Positions 1-8,525 of a DNA stretch of 31,968 nucleotides are shown piece after piece; position 1 is the stretch's first letter, and every line of letters starts with the position of its first letter. Under the pieces are notes generated by a model. It did no database searches. It had not been told where the DNA came from and worked only from the letters and a program-made list of their open reading frames with translations. The DNA comes from Candidatus Hodarchaeota archaeon (GTDB taxonomy: Archaea; Asgardarchaeota; Heimdallarchaeia; Hodarchaeales; Hodarchaeaceae): the NCBI GenBank assembly GCA_029856365.1, contig JAHQWW010000030.1, forward strand, positions 1 to 31,968, written 5' to 3'. The position numbers and the translations under genes are program-made.

Positions 1-48
1 AAACAGCTGATGGTAAAAAGATTCTTGTTTTAACCAAGATGAAAAAAA

Positions 49-984
49 ATGTCACAATTTGTCACAGAAGAAGTTGAGGATCAAGTTCGTAGTTCGCGAA
101 TCGCTAAACATGTTGTTATGCGATCCATCTTAAAGGAACACATGAAAGATGCAGATGAAGGCAGTTTAAACAATCTTTTAATGAGAATATACCAACTGTT
201 TTATGATTCTTCCATGGTTGATGCTTTATTTTCGGATATCCAAGATAGAGAAAAGCAAAAGCAAGAGCTTCAAGAGATGGATCTCGAAGATATTGCTAGT
301 ATGGCGTTTGGAGAAGTGGCTGGAGAAGCAGGAACTGCAGAATCAGACTTCACTTCATTGTTAGAGGCCGATGATACCACTTTTGAAAGTATGGTGGCCA
401 TATCGGAAACTATATCTTACGAAGAAGTTTATAATGTGATGAAAAAAGCCAATATTGATATAATAATTGATTTTTTTTCAGCACTTCAAGGATCAACATC
501 CAGTCTTTGGGAAACAACGTTTGAATTTACTGAGGTTGATAAAAAGCGTATCATGGATGTTTTTTCACTTTTTGTAGAAAAACAAATTGAAGGCCCATCA
601 TTAAATGAGGAGAATTTGGGTAACAATCTCGGATCTTCTGTGCTTAATATTGATGTGGCAAATAAACCGTTCTCCATTTTCATTTACACTCCTGCCAAAT
701 GGTTAGATAAAGGACAAATGCATCGGTTGTCCCTAGGACTTATGATTCAAGATAAATGGGCAAAATATGTTTCGATTATTTCTACTCACATATCCAAAAA
801 GCTTAATGAGATCACAGAGTCAATCTTGGGAACTGCAGGTGAAGATTTATCTAATATTCCATTTCGCCTTGTTGATTTATCAATTCGTAAAAGGTTAAAA
901 GCTCAGATAAAAGGATTAGCTGAATATGTCGCTCGATGTTCTCTAGCTTTAGATCAAATTCAATCTACAACCCATGATCTTTAA
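49..984 (+). CDS. Hypothetical protein: acidic N-terminal half plus putative longin/uDENN-like domain
   Basis: 311-aa ORF. From about residue 135 the pattern is IIIDFF-x4-G / SSLWET / helix EVDKKRIMDVFSLF / SSVLNI / FSIFIYT / KGQMHRLSLGLMI / long helix. This fits the beta-beta-alpha-beta-beta-beta-alpha longin order. Domain call by eye. Confidence 0.5.
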   Translation: MSQFVTEEVEDQVRSSRIAKHVVMRSILKEHMKDADEGSLNNLLMRIYQLFYDSSMVDALFSDIQDREKQKQELQEMDLEDIASMAFGEVAGEAGTAESDFTSLLEADDTTFESMVAISETISYEEVYNVMKKANIDIIIDFFSALQGSTSSLWETTFEFTEVDKKRIMDVFSLFVEKQIEGPSLNEENLGNNLGSSVLNIDVANKPFSIFIYTPAKWLDKGQMHRLSLGLMIQDKWAKYVSIISTHISKKLNEITESILGTAGEDLSNIPFRLVDLSIRKRLKAQIKGLAEYVARCSLALDQIQSTTHDL

Positions 985-1054
985 TCATATAGAAAATTAA
1001 TTAATATATTTGAAAAGATGTATAAATGTCTGATCAGACGGGAAATGATCATTA

Positions 1055-4000
1055 ATGTCTTCAGATAACTTAAACTTAATTTCGGAAATTCTCACTAAAC
1101 TTAATAAGCTTATCTCAAAACCTGTTTGCGCACCAGAGCTTACCAAGTACTCTAAACTTGTTCAACAATATTCTCAGACGACAAAGGAAATTGATAAGGC
1201 AGGCAGACTTGCAAAAAGGGGATTAAAAAGGCAGCAGGAACAACTTCAATCTGACCTTACAGAATCTGAGGAAGTGTGCTTACAATGTATTTTTAACTCT
1301 TTGGTCAGAGATCTGAAACTAATTCTTGAAAATCAAACCCAAGCACTCTCAGCAGTTGCACCACAAGCTGCAAGCTTACTACGGAATATTAGATTTCCTC
1401 TAACTTCAGAAATTGGAGCAATAATAACCTTCATTGAAGATGTAGAGAAAGCACAAGCCGACACAACAATCCAAACAAGAAATCTATGTAAAATGCTTCT
1501 TAATGATAATCAATCTAAAATTAAAATTTATAAGAATCTCATTTCTCTGGATGAGAGATCATATCAGCAAACAAAAATCTTAACCGAGGATGCACTTGAT
1601 TCTCTTTCAGTTTCAGACCTATTGAAATCATATTCAACTCTTAAAGAGGAGCAAAAACTAATTAATCAGCAACTAGCCACATCCACTGACACTGTTCAAC
1701 AAAAACTTTTACAGTCAGTTCACGAACTCATTTATTCCATACAAGAGGGAGCTAAAAGAGAGATCATACCTGATATCGAGGAGTATCGAGAAGTTAAGGA
1801 ACTCTCGTCACAAGTTGAAGTAGCCAATACAATTGATGAGCTAAATCTACTGAACACTAAAGTCTCGCAGTATATTGTAAAATATAGTACTGCTATAAAA
1901 TCAGAGATAGCAAGGGCAAGAACAACTGGAAATAATCTGATTACACAAATCCGTGGTCTGTTTCCAACGCTTTCAAAAAAATGGATGCCCTCTCCTCCTG
2001 ATGTATTACCTTCAAAGGTTTCCATAACTGACTTGATGAGCTATTTTGATGAGATAAATAAGTGGGAGAAAAATATTCTCGATGTAATAAAGAAAATTTC
2101 TTCTGTTGATGAGTTGAAACAAGTTACTGAGGCTTCTCTTCAAGAGGGGCTCAGTATCCCGAATACACTTATAGCCAATGTGACAGAAACAGCCAATCGA
2201 ATCCAAGAAGAAACAGTTACTATCAAAGAAGCTTTTAAGAGACTGGAGAATTTTCATGTTTATTATACCGAGTTTCTTAGTATTCTACGCGATAACATCA
2301 GCAATAATCTAAATTTAGATGTTACTGACTCTGACTCTAGTGCATTAATATCACTTAAACCTCCTATCATTAATATCCAGTCTGATAGTCCTTCGGAGCT
2401 ATTAAGCTATATTCGAGCTGTTAATATTTGGAAACGCAAGTTGGTTAATGTTTTACAAGAAACTAGACACGATATAAATGATACTATCGCTAATGTCAAT
2501 CAATTAGAAAGAAAAGGGATTAATAATTTTCCTCCTGATTTTCAAGCTGAACTCACGACCCTTTATGAAAAAATGGCATTAGAAACTGAAGTCCATACTC
2601 TTTTACTGTACCGGCGTTCTTATGACCGCTTATATAAACAATTTGTAACATTAACAGCTGCATATATCAAAGACTTTCTGAAAAACGTCACAGTGCTCCA
2701 ATTGCTAGAATCAGAGTCAGATGTTCCTCGTCCTCCTTTTGTTGAGGATGCAGGAGAGCTAGACCTCTCTGAATTACTTAATAGAATTGAATCAGTTGAG
2801 GAATGGAAACGAAAAGTTCTCACTTTCCTCAAGAACAAAATTGAAGGGCTGAGTTTCCCATTGATACCTGGAGAGGTTCCAGTTGATTTGAGGAAAGAAA
2901 AAAACACGCTTCTAGCTCAATTGACAGGCACTGCTGCTGCCCGAAATTTTGTTTCATCAATTAAAAGCTATTTCACTTTCATGAAAACCATGTCTTCTTC
3001 TAAGAATTTGATGATCGAAGAAACATTAAAACAGATTGAAATAACAGAAAAAATCGATCAATCTTCGATGCAATACTTTAAAGAGGTAATTGGCCAAGCT
3101 CCCATCTTTGAGATCCCTAAAGACCTTGAGACACTGGATTACTCTGAGCTTTTAGAATTATGGTTTCGTCTAGATACCTATAATAGAAAAAAAACCGAAC
3201 TTGTCCAACTTAAATGTAGGGAACTCCTATCAAGTTGGTTGAAACAATACAAATCTCTACCAGCACATTATTCAAATATCTTCAATCCCTTGTTTTTAGT
3301 GCTAGATCAAGCCTTATCTGAGCTAAATCAGTCTTTAGATACAGAAGAAACATTAACGAAGTATGAATTCTTTTTGAATGGTGCAACCAGTAAAGCACAA
3401 GAAGGCCTTGAAAAATTAAAAGCTTTTTTCTACAATAAGGTGACAGTTAGTTTACCCCGAATCACAGAGGTAATAGGAGAGGTTTCTCCAGAAATTCTCA
3501 AAGTCTATAGCTTTTTAGAGAGTACAATTTCAACTAAAGATCAGACACTTGAATCAGTGCATCGTCTAATAGTTGAAACTATCCATGATTATGAATATAT
3601 TTTGCTAGCGAAACTTATGGAACTGTTAAGCATCTCAAGTAAAAACTTACTCATGCAGATTGCCGAACTTCAAACCTGTGGAATTAATCTTCAAAGCTTA
3701 GTAGGAGAACAGATCGAAGTCTTCACGCAATTAGTTCAAGCAGATTCCTCTGATATGATGTCTGTAGAAATGATTACTCAATCCTTTGTTGAACTAGATA
3801 AGATATTAAAAAATGAATCACTTCAGAAATCATTATTTGAGATTATTGAAAAAAATAATACCATTGCTGGTAGAATATTGGATTTTGTTCAAGCATTAGG
3901 TTGGAAAAACGCTCAACATATATTAATGCCTTATGTTGTTGCAATAAAGCAAGCTAAAGGAACAATACAATTTTGGTCCTTTGATCTTATCGCAAAGGCT

Positions 4001-4480
4001 ACAATTGAAGTCATAAAAAGATCAAAGGAACTGATTCAAGCTATCCGACAATTAGAACAAGAGAATTATGATGTTTATCTTTCTGAATTAGAATCTGATC
4101 CAGCAATACCCTATTATAAAAGTATTAAGGAAGTATTTAAATTTCAGCTGGATGAATGCTCAAAAAATATTTTTCCACTTAACGAATTATACGCTACAAG
4201 AGAACAAATGAAATTATCGGAAGATCTAAATGAAATCTATGGCTTATTAACTACAATTTCAAAATTAAAAACACAATGGAAGCAAGATTGGTTGCCAGTG
4301 ATTTCAAAATGGCACAGTGTTCTCTTTTTATTTATTAGTGATTATACGCCAACGACGGATCGTGAAGAAAAGATAACTTATCTTGCGAATGCAAAACGAG
4401 AAATTGAAGAAGCATATAATCATCAGCCGATGATGCAGTATTTATCCTCAGCTGTAGAACTTTACATAACAAGTAGATAA
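1055..4480 (+). CDS. Large all-alpha helical repeat protein, unknown function
   Basis: 1141-aa ORF rich in L/E/K/I, with no NTPase motif or TM segment seen. An internal repeat P(P)-x9-11-(S/T)(D/E)L(L/M)...W/Y starts at residues ~314, 436, 560 and 683. It ends 12 bp before the tubulin-like gene. Confidence 0.75.
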   Translation: MSSDNLNLISEILTKLNKLISKPVCAPELTKYSKLVQQYSQTTKEIDKAGRLAKRGLKRQQEQLQSDLTESEEVCLQCIFNSLVRDLKLILENQTQALSAVAPQAASLLRNIRFPLTSEIGAIITFIEDVEKAQADTTIQTRNLCKMLLNDNQSKIKIYKNLISLDERSYQQTKILTEDALDSLSVSDLLKSYSTLKEEQKLINQQLATSTDTVQQKLLQSVHELIYSIQEGAKREIIPDIEEYREVKELSSQVEVANTIDELNLLNTKVSQYIVKYSTAIKSEIARARTTGNNLITQIRGLFPTLSKKWMPSPPDVLPSKVSITDLMSYFDEINKWEKNILDVIKKISSVDELKQVTEASLQEGLSIPNTLIANVTETANRIQEETVTIKEAFKRLENFHVYYTEFLSILRDNISNNLNLDVTDSDSSALISLKPPIINIQSDSPSELLSYIRAVNIWKRKLVNVLQETRHDINDTIANVNQLERKGINNFPPDFQAELTTLYEKMALETEVHTLLLYRRSYDRLYKQFVTLTAAYIKDFLKNVTVLQLLESESDVPRPPFVEDAGELDLSELLNRIESVEEWKRKVLTFLKNKIEGLSFPLIPGEVPVDLRKEKNTLLAQLTGTAAARNFVSSIKSYFTFMKTMSSSKNLMIEETLKQIEITEKIDQSSMQYFKEVIGQAPIFEIPKDLETLDYSELLELWFRLDTYNRKKTELVQLKCRELLSSWLKQYKSLPAHYSNIFNPLFLVLDQALSELNQSLDTEETLTKYEFFLNGATSKAQEGLEKLKAFFYNKVTVSLPRITEVIGEVSPEILKVYSFLESTISTKDQTLESVHRLIVETIHDYEYILLAKLMELLSISSKNLLMQIAELQTCGINLQSLVGEQIEVFTQLVQADSSDMMSVEMITQSFVELDKILKNESLQKSLFEIIEKNNTIAGRILDFVQALGWKNAQHILMPYVVAIKQAKGTIQFWSFDLIAKATIEVIKRSKELIQAIRQLEQENYDVYLSELESDPAIPYYKSIKEVFKFQLDECSKNIFPLNELYATREQMKLSEDLNEIYGLLTTISKLKTQWKQDWLPVISKWHSVLFLFISDYTPTTDREEKITYLANAKREIEEAYNHQPMMQYLSSAVELYITSR

Positions 4481-4492
4481 GGGGTTCTTATT

Positions 4493-5827
4493 ATGGCTAA
4501 AGCAAGTAGAGAAGCAGATGTATTCATAATTGGTATTGGAGAATGTGGGTCAAATCTAGTGGGTTCCTACATTCAACAAAGTAAAAAACAAACAGGAGCA
4601 TCTAGGATCCGTGAATATCTTATAATGAACACCGATAAAACAGACCTTACTAAAACCCGTACTGAGTATTCAATTCCTAATCAAAACACACTGATGTATT
4701 CCGATGAAGAAATAGGTGTGGGGGGTAAGTTTAAAGAGGGTAATGATCTTGTCTTAAAGAATCAGGATCTCATCCTTAACCAATTAAAAGGATTAGGGTA
4801 TGAGGGGGTCTCAGGTTTCATAATTTTGACTAGTCTCGGTGGTGGTACTGGTTGTGGTGGTACTCCAGCACTTGTAGAACTTCTTCATAAGCGATTTTCA
4901 GAAGAAAGACGGATATTCATTTATGTATTTGGTGTTTTACCATTTGAGAATCAATCTTCGGAAGCAATAAACTCTATCTGGTCTTTATCGACCTTATTAA
5001 GAAATCAATTAGAACCAAACAAGGGGCCAAATTTAATATTTTTATTATCGAATAAAACTATGTTAAAAAGAGTAATGGGTTGGAGGGAGGGGCGTGCAAG
5101 TGCTTTATTGGACCAATCCTTAGGAATTGATTCTGCTGACTTAGCATCTAGTGATGAGCAGCAACGAATGGAAACAGAGTTAGAATTTACTCAGTTAGTT
5201 AATCCGTTAGCTTTACAAACTATAGAAGCAATTCTTTCCCCAAGTATTCAGGAACCAGGTAAAAAAGTTATGCCAACAACAGATCTAGCTGATTATTCCA
5301 GAAGATTAGATCCAGTTGTAGTTCCCTGTTATTTTGAGGATATGTACTTTCTACCTGAATATGGTAGAATGGAAAAACAAATGGCCTTAGCAGCAAGATA
5401 TGCTGTTAACCACTGTTCATTAACAGATATTGAAACAAAACCCATGGCAGGCTCTGTTTATTCCATTTTTACTGGATATAAAGATATAGCTAAACTAGAA
5501 TATTCAGCTCACCTAAAAAAGATTCTTGCGCCATATCTCGTAAAAGGTGGATCGATCCAACCGTCATTTGTAGCTTACGACGATCCAACTATAGATAGGT
5601 CTTCTATTCTCTTACTTTTTGGTTTACCTCTTATTCCAGAACTACGTGATGTATACAATGATGCCACTAATTTGATAGCATATCATGATGACTCAAAATC
5701 AACGATTAAACGTGGTTGGTTTGAAAGATCGAAGGGAGTAAATCGGGATCAACTACAAATTGCTATGGATGATATTATGAATCTTTTTGGCAAGTATATG
5801 GCCATTACTGAAGATGATAACAAGTAG
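4493..5827 (+). CDS. Tubulin/FtsZ-superfamily GTPase (divergent, with tubulin-like C-terminal helices)
   Basis: T1 GIGECGSN, T2 MNTDKTDL, T3 GVGGKFKEG, signature SLGGGTGCGG, T5 VLPF...EAINSIWSL, T6 LLSNKTM, T7 TTDLADY. C-terminal WFERSKGVNRDQLQIAMDDIMNLFGKY. Confidence 0.93.
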   Translation: MAKASREADVFIIGIGECGSNLVGSYIQQSKKQTGASRIREYLIMNTDKTDLTKTRTEYSIPNQNTLMYSDEEIGVGGKFKEGNDLVLKNQDLILNQLKGLGYEGVSGFIILTSLGGGTGCGGTPALVELLHKRFSEERRIFIYVFGVLPFENQSSEAINSIWSLSTLLRNQLEPNKGPNLIFLLSNKTMLKRVMGWREGRASALLDQSLGIDSADLASSDEQQRMETELEFTQLVNPLALQTIEAILSPSIQEPGKKVMPTTDLADYSRRLDPVVVPCYFEDMYFLPEYGRMEKQMALAARYAVNHCSLTDIETKPMAGSVYSIFTGYKDIAKLEYSAHLKKILAPYLVKGGSIQPSFVAYDDPTIDRSSILLLFGLPLIPELRDVYNDATNLIAYHDDSKSTIKRGWFERSKGVNRDQLQIAMDDIMNLFGKYMAITEDDNK

Positions 5828-5880
5828 AAATTATACCTATATGATTATTCTCCCCCTAATTATAAGAAATTATTTTGTAA

Positions 5881-8088
5881 TTAATCTCTTTCTAGAAGTT
5901 CTAAGTAACTTCTTAGTTTCTCCGATGTCTCATCTTCCTGTTTTTCTAGAACAGGTTTTAATTCATATTTAGGTTGGATTTCTGCTGATTTTGCTGGGAT
6001 TGCCGTTTCTGTTGATTCAATAAGGTTTCTTATAGATGCATGAATAATGCGACCTGCAAAATCAATGGCTCCCTCTGACTCAACAGGTATTTGCATTGCT
6101 TCTTTTAATAGCTTTCTTATCTGATTGACAGTAATGGAATCTACAACATTTGTCTGGCCTATGGGAAAACCTCGTTGGATGAAACTTAATAAAAACCCTT
6201 TTTTTGCTTTTTCTACTGTAAATGCAACATTTTCACTATCAGGGATTAAAATGTGATTTCCTTCGAGTTTAATTTCCATTGGAATAATAAAATCTATTGT
6301 TTCTGCTAGATATCCCTCCTCTTTTCGTACCTTTCTGGTCGTTACCTCTGATGTAGAGCTTAGATTTTTTTCACGAATTTGCTGGATCGCCTCGTGAATT
6401 ATTCTCGCAGCAAAATTCATAGAGCCGATTCCATCTTCAAAAATACCCAATCCTGTCATATTCATTTCGTAAGCTAAGAGGTAAAGGATTTCTTCATTGG
6501 TGATCTTAACTGGAACAATTGAACTACCTATAAGTTCTCGTTGGCCAGCAGGACCTTGGAGGTGGAAAGTTAGGCGAGCATTTAAACCTTCTGGTTTAAG
6601 AATTTCGACATTAAAGCCCATTCCTCGAGTATCGGGTAAGGTAATAATCCCTTCAACGCTTTCAATTTCAATAGGTATTTCTATTTGCGCAAGTTCAGGG
6701 CGCTTTTCTATGATTTTTTTCTTCTTTTTCTCCTTCTTTTTTGGAGTTAAATAGTCCTTTACAATATCACTGATAATCATTTTGGGTTTTTCAGTAGCTA
6801 ATACAAGGCACTTGACTATATCTGTTTCTTGTAATTGCCCTTTCAAGTAAACATGGAATAATTCTAATAATTGCTTCCTATTTATTATACCATATTTCTT
6901 TGGTCCTTGTGATTTTTTAATGAAGGGTAAATATTTGAGGAGGACATCAGTTACAAGGGGTATTGGAATCCCTGATGTAGCTGCCATTTCAAATACATCG
7001 GCATATCCAGTATTAACAATCTCTGTAGCTTCATTAACGCCTATTCGGAAAAAATCAACCAGATGGCTGATTTGGGGATTAATTTCTATCGTTTCCTGAG
7101 GTTCAGGCACAATTTGGGAGCTTATAGATGGAAGAGGTTCTTCCTCTACTGATGTTGAATAGGGATAGGTTTTTGATTGCGGAGAAGGGGGTATTTGTCC
7201 CATTGTTTTTATTGGAGTTAAGATTGTTTCAGTAGTAGATTCTTCTGTTGCAGCATTTCCAAGAAATACAGAATTCTGAGATAATTGAGTTCTGGTGTGA
7301 TTTGCTCCTGTGGCCTTTGTTTTTATAGCTTGCTGCATCAAGATTTGTAATTTCTCTAATACTACTTGATCACCAGCTATTTTGGGCGTAATAGATTCTT
7401 GTTTTTGACTTATTTCCACTTCAAGTGTTGGTTCGCGTATTGTCATACCTTTTTCATGATATTCTTCAATTTTACCAATTATCCGAAAATCAACAAACTC
7501 ACTTTTTGCCAATTGTGGAATGGTTAATTCAAAAATGCGACCAAAACTGTCTATAACTGTTTCTGGTTTGTAAATTGTTGTTCTGAAAAACCTAAGTTTA
7601 TGGGGATATTCTAACTGAAATTGTTCCTTTAATTGTTCATGAATGCTTTCATAGTTAGGCGAATCTCTCACTAAATCGTTTTTATGTAGAAAAACGAAGA
7701 CTTCGGCTTCAGGAGAAAAAATTGCGAGCTTTTCAAGACAAGCTTTGAAATATTGTATTGCATTATTCCTAGAAGTCTTATTTGCTACATCAATTAGAAA
7801 AATAAAAGTCTTTACGCTACTGAATACAAATGGACTAAACCCACTTAAAAAGCGTTTTAAAAATATTTTCTGTCCACCAAGATCTACTATCGTGATCGGT
7901 GTATCATGGATCGTGAGTGACAACCGTTCGTAATTGATTGTAGCTGAGAGACTGTCAACATCTTCTGTCTGTTGTTTAAGAAAGAAAATACGTTTGACGG
8001 CAGTCTTACCAGCTTCACTTAGACCAGCAATTAAGATTTTATAACCCAGTCGTTCAGTTATTTCTGAGTCAGATACCCATTCAGACAT
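5881..8088 (-). CDS. Rag/Gtr-type small GTPase domain fused to a long C-terminal region with a duplicated domain
   Basis: G1 GLSEAGKT, G2 ATINY, G3 DLGGQ, G4 HKND (His-type G4 as in Rag GTPases), G5 TTIY. These are followed by a P/S/T/Q-rich linker, a helical region, a poly-Lys tract and two ~95-105-aa repeats. Confidence 0.85.
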   Translation of the reverse strand: MSEWVSDSEITERLGYKILIAGLSEAGKTAVKRIFFLKQQTEDVDSLSATINYERLSLTIHDTPITIVDLGGQKIFLKRFLSGFSPFVFSSVKTFIFLIDVANKTSRNNAIQYFKACLEKLAIFSPEAEVFVFLHKNDLVRDSPNYESIHEQLKEQFQLEYPHKLRFFRTTIYKPETVIDSFGRIFELTIPQLAKSEFVDFRIIGKIEEYHEKGMTIREPTLEVEISQKQESITPKIAGDQVVLEKLQILMQQAIKTKATGANHTRTQLSQNSVFLGNAATEESTTETILTPIKTMGQIPPSPQSKTYPYSTSVEEEPLPSISSQIVPEPQETIEINPQISHLVDFFRIGVNEATEIVNTGYADVFEMAATSGIPIPLVTDVLLKYLPFIKKSQGPKKYGIINRKQLLELFHVYLKGQLQETDIVKCLVLATEKPKMIISDIVKDYLTPKKKEKKKKKIIEKRPELAQIEIPIEIESVEGIITLPDTRGMGFNVEILKPEGLNARLTFHLQGPAGQRELIGSSIVPVKITNEEILYLLAYEMNMTGLGIFEDGIGSMNFAARIIHEAIQQIREKNLSSTSEVTTRKVRKEEGYLAETIDFIIPMEIKLEGNHILIPDSENVAFTVEKAKKGFLLSFIQRGFPIGQTNVVDSITVNQIRKLLKEAMQIPVESEGAIDFAGRIIHASIRNLIESTETAIPAKSAEIQPKYELKPVLEKQEDETSEKLRSYLELLERD

Positions 8089-8165
8089 TTGCGATTAAAC
8101 CTAGAGCCTTTGATAAAAGTTATATTACATAAATTTCTAGTGGTCAAGATATCTATTTATCATCG

Positions 8166-8241
8166 TATTATAAATGGTACTGAAAAATCTTTCATGATAT
8201 GTAGCTATTAAAATGGTACTTGGGTTCAATTATTACCATTT
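8166..8241. promoter_or_regulatory. Repeated AAATGGTA motifs in the divergent promoter region of the two Rag-type GTPases (candidate operator)
   Basis: AAATGGTACT at 8172-8181 and 8211-8220, each preceded by TATTA(T). Inverted copy TACCATTT at 8234-8241. Confidence 0.35.
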
Positions 8242-8525
8242 CAACTTTATATTCAAACTTGGAATATATCGTGACTCACTTTATTTAGATCTCATAATCT
8301 GAGAAATTGATTTATGTTTCTTTTAAGTCAAATAAAATAACACATGTGATGAAGATATTAAATGCTTTTAAAATTCTCAAATTAATCCTTTAGTTAAAGC
8401 ATAGAATCCTTATTATACTAAAAAACCTTCTTTATTTAAACTTATTACTTTCATTTCCGATAAATTTAAAAGAAATCTTGTTATAATTCACCTAAAAGCA
8501 CGAAACTAATAAGAGGTTGTATTAA

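Noticed and set aside
1055-4480. SMC/Rad50- or dynamin-like ATPase/GTPase
   Set aside because: No Walker A/B or G1 motif found. The periodic prolines suit helical bundles rather than one long coiled coil.
4493-5827. Naming the gene ftsZ, cetZ or alpha/beta-tubulin
   Set aside because: The motifs are mixed, there is no FtsZ C-terminal peptide, and T2/T3 are not tubulin-type. A phylogeny is needed.
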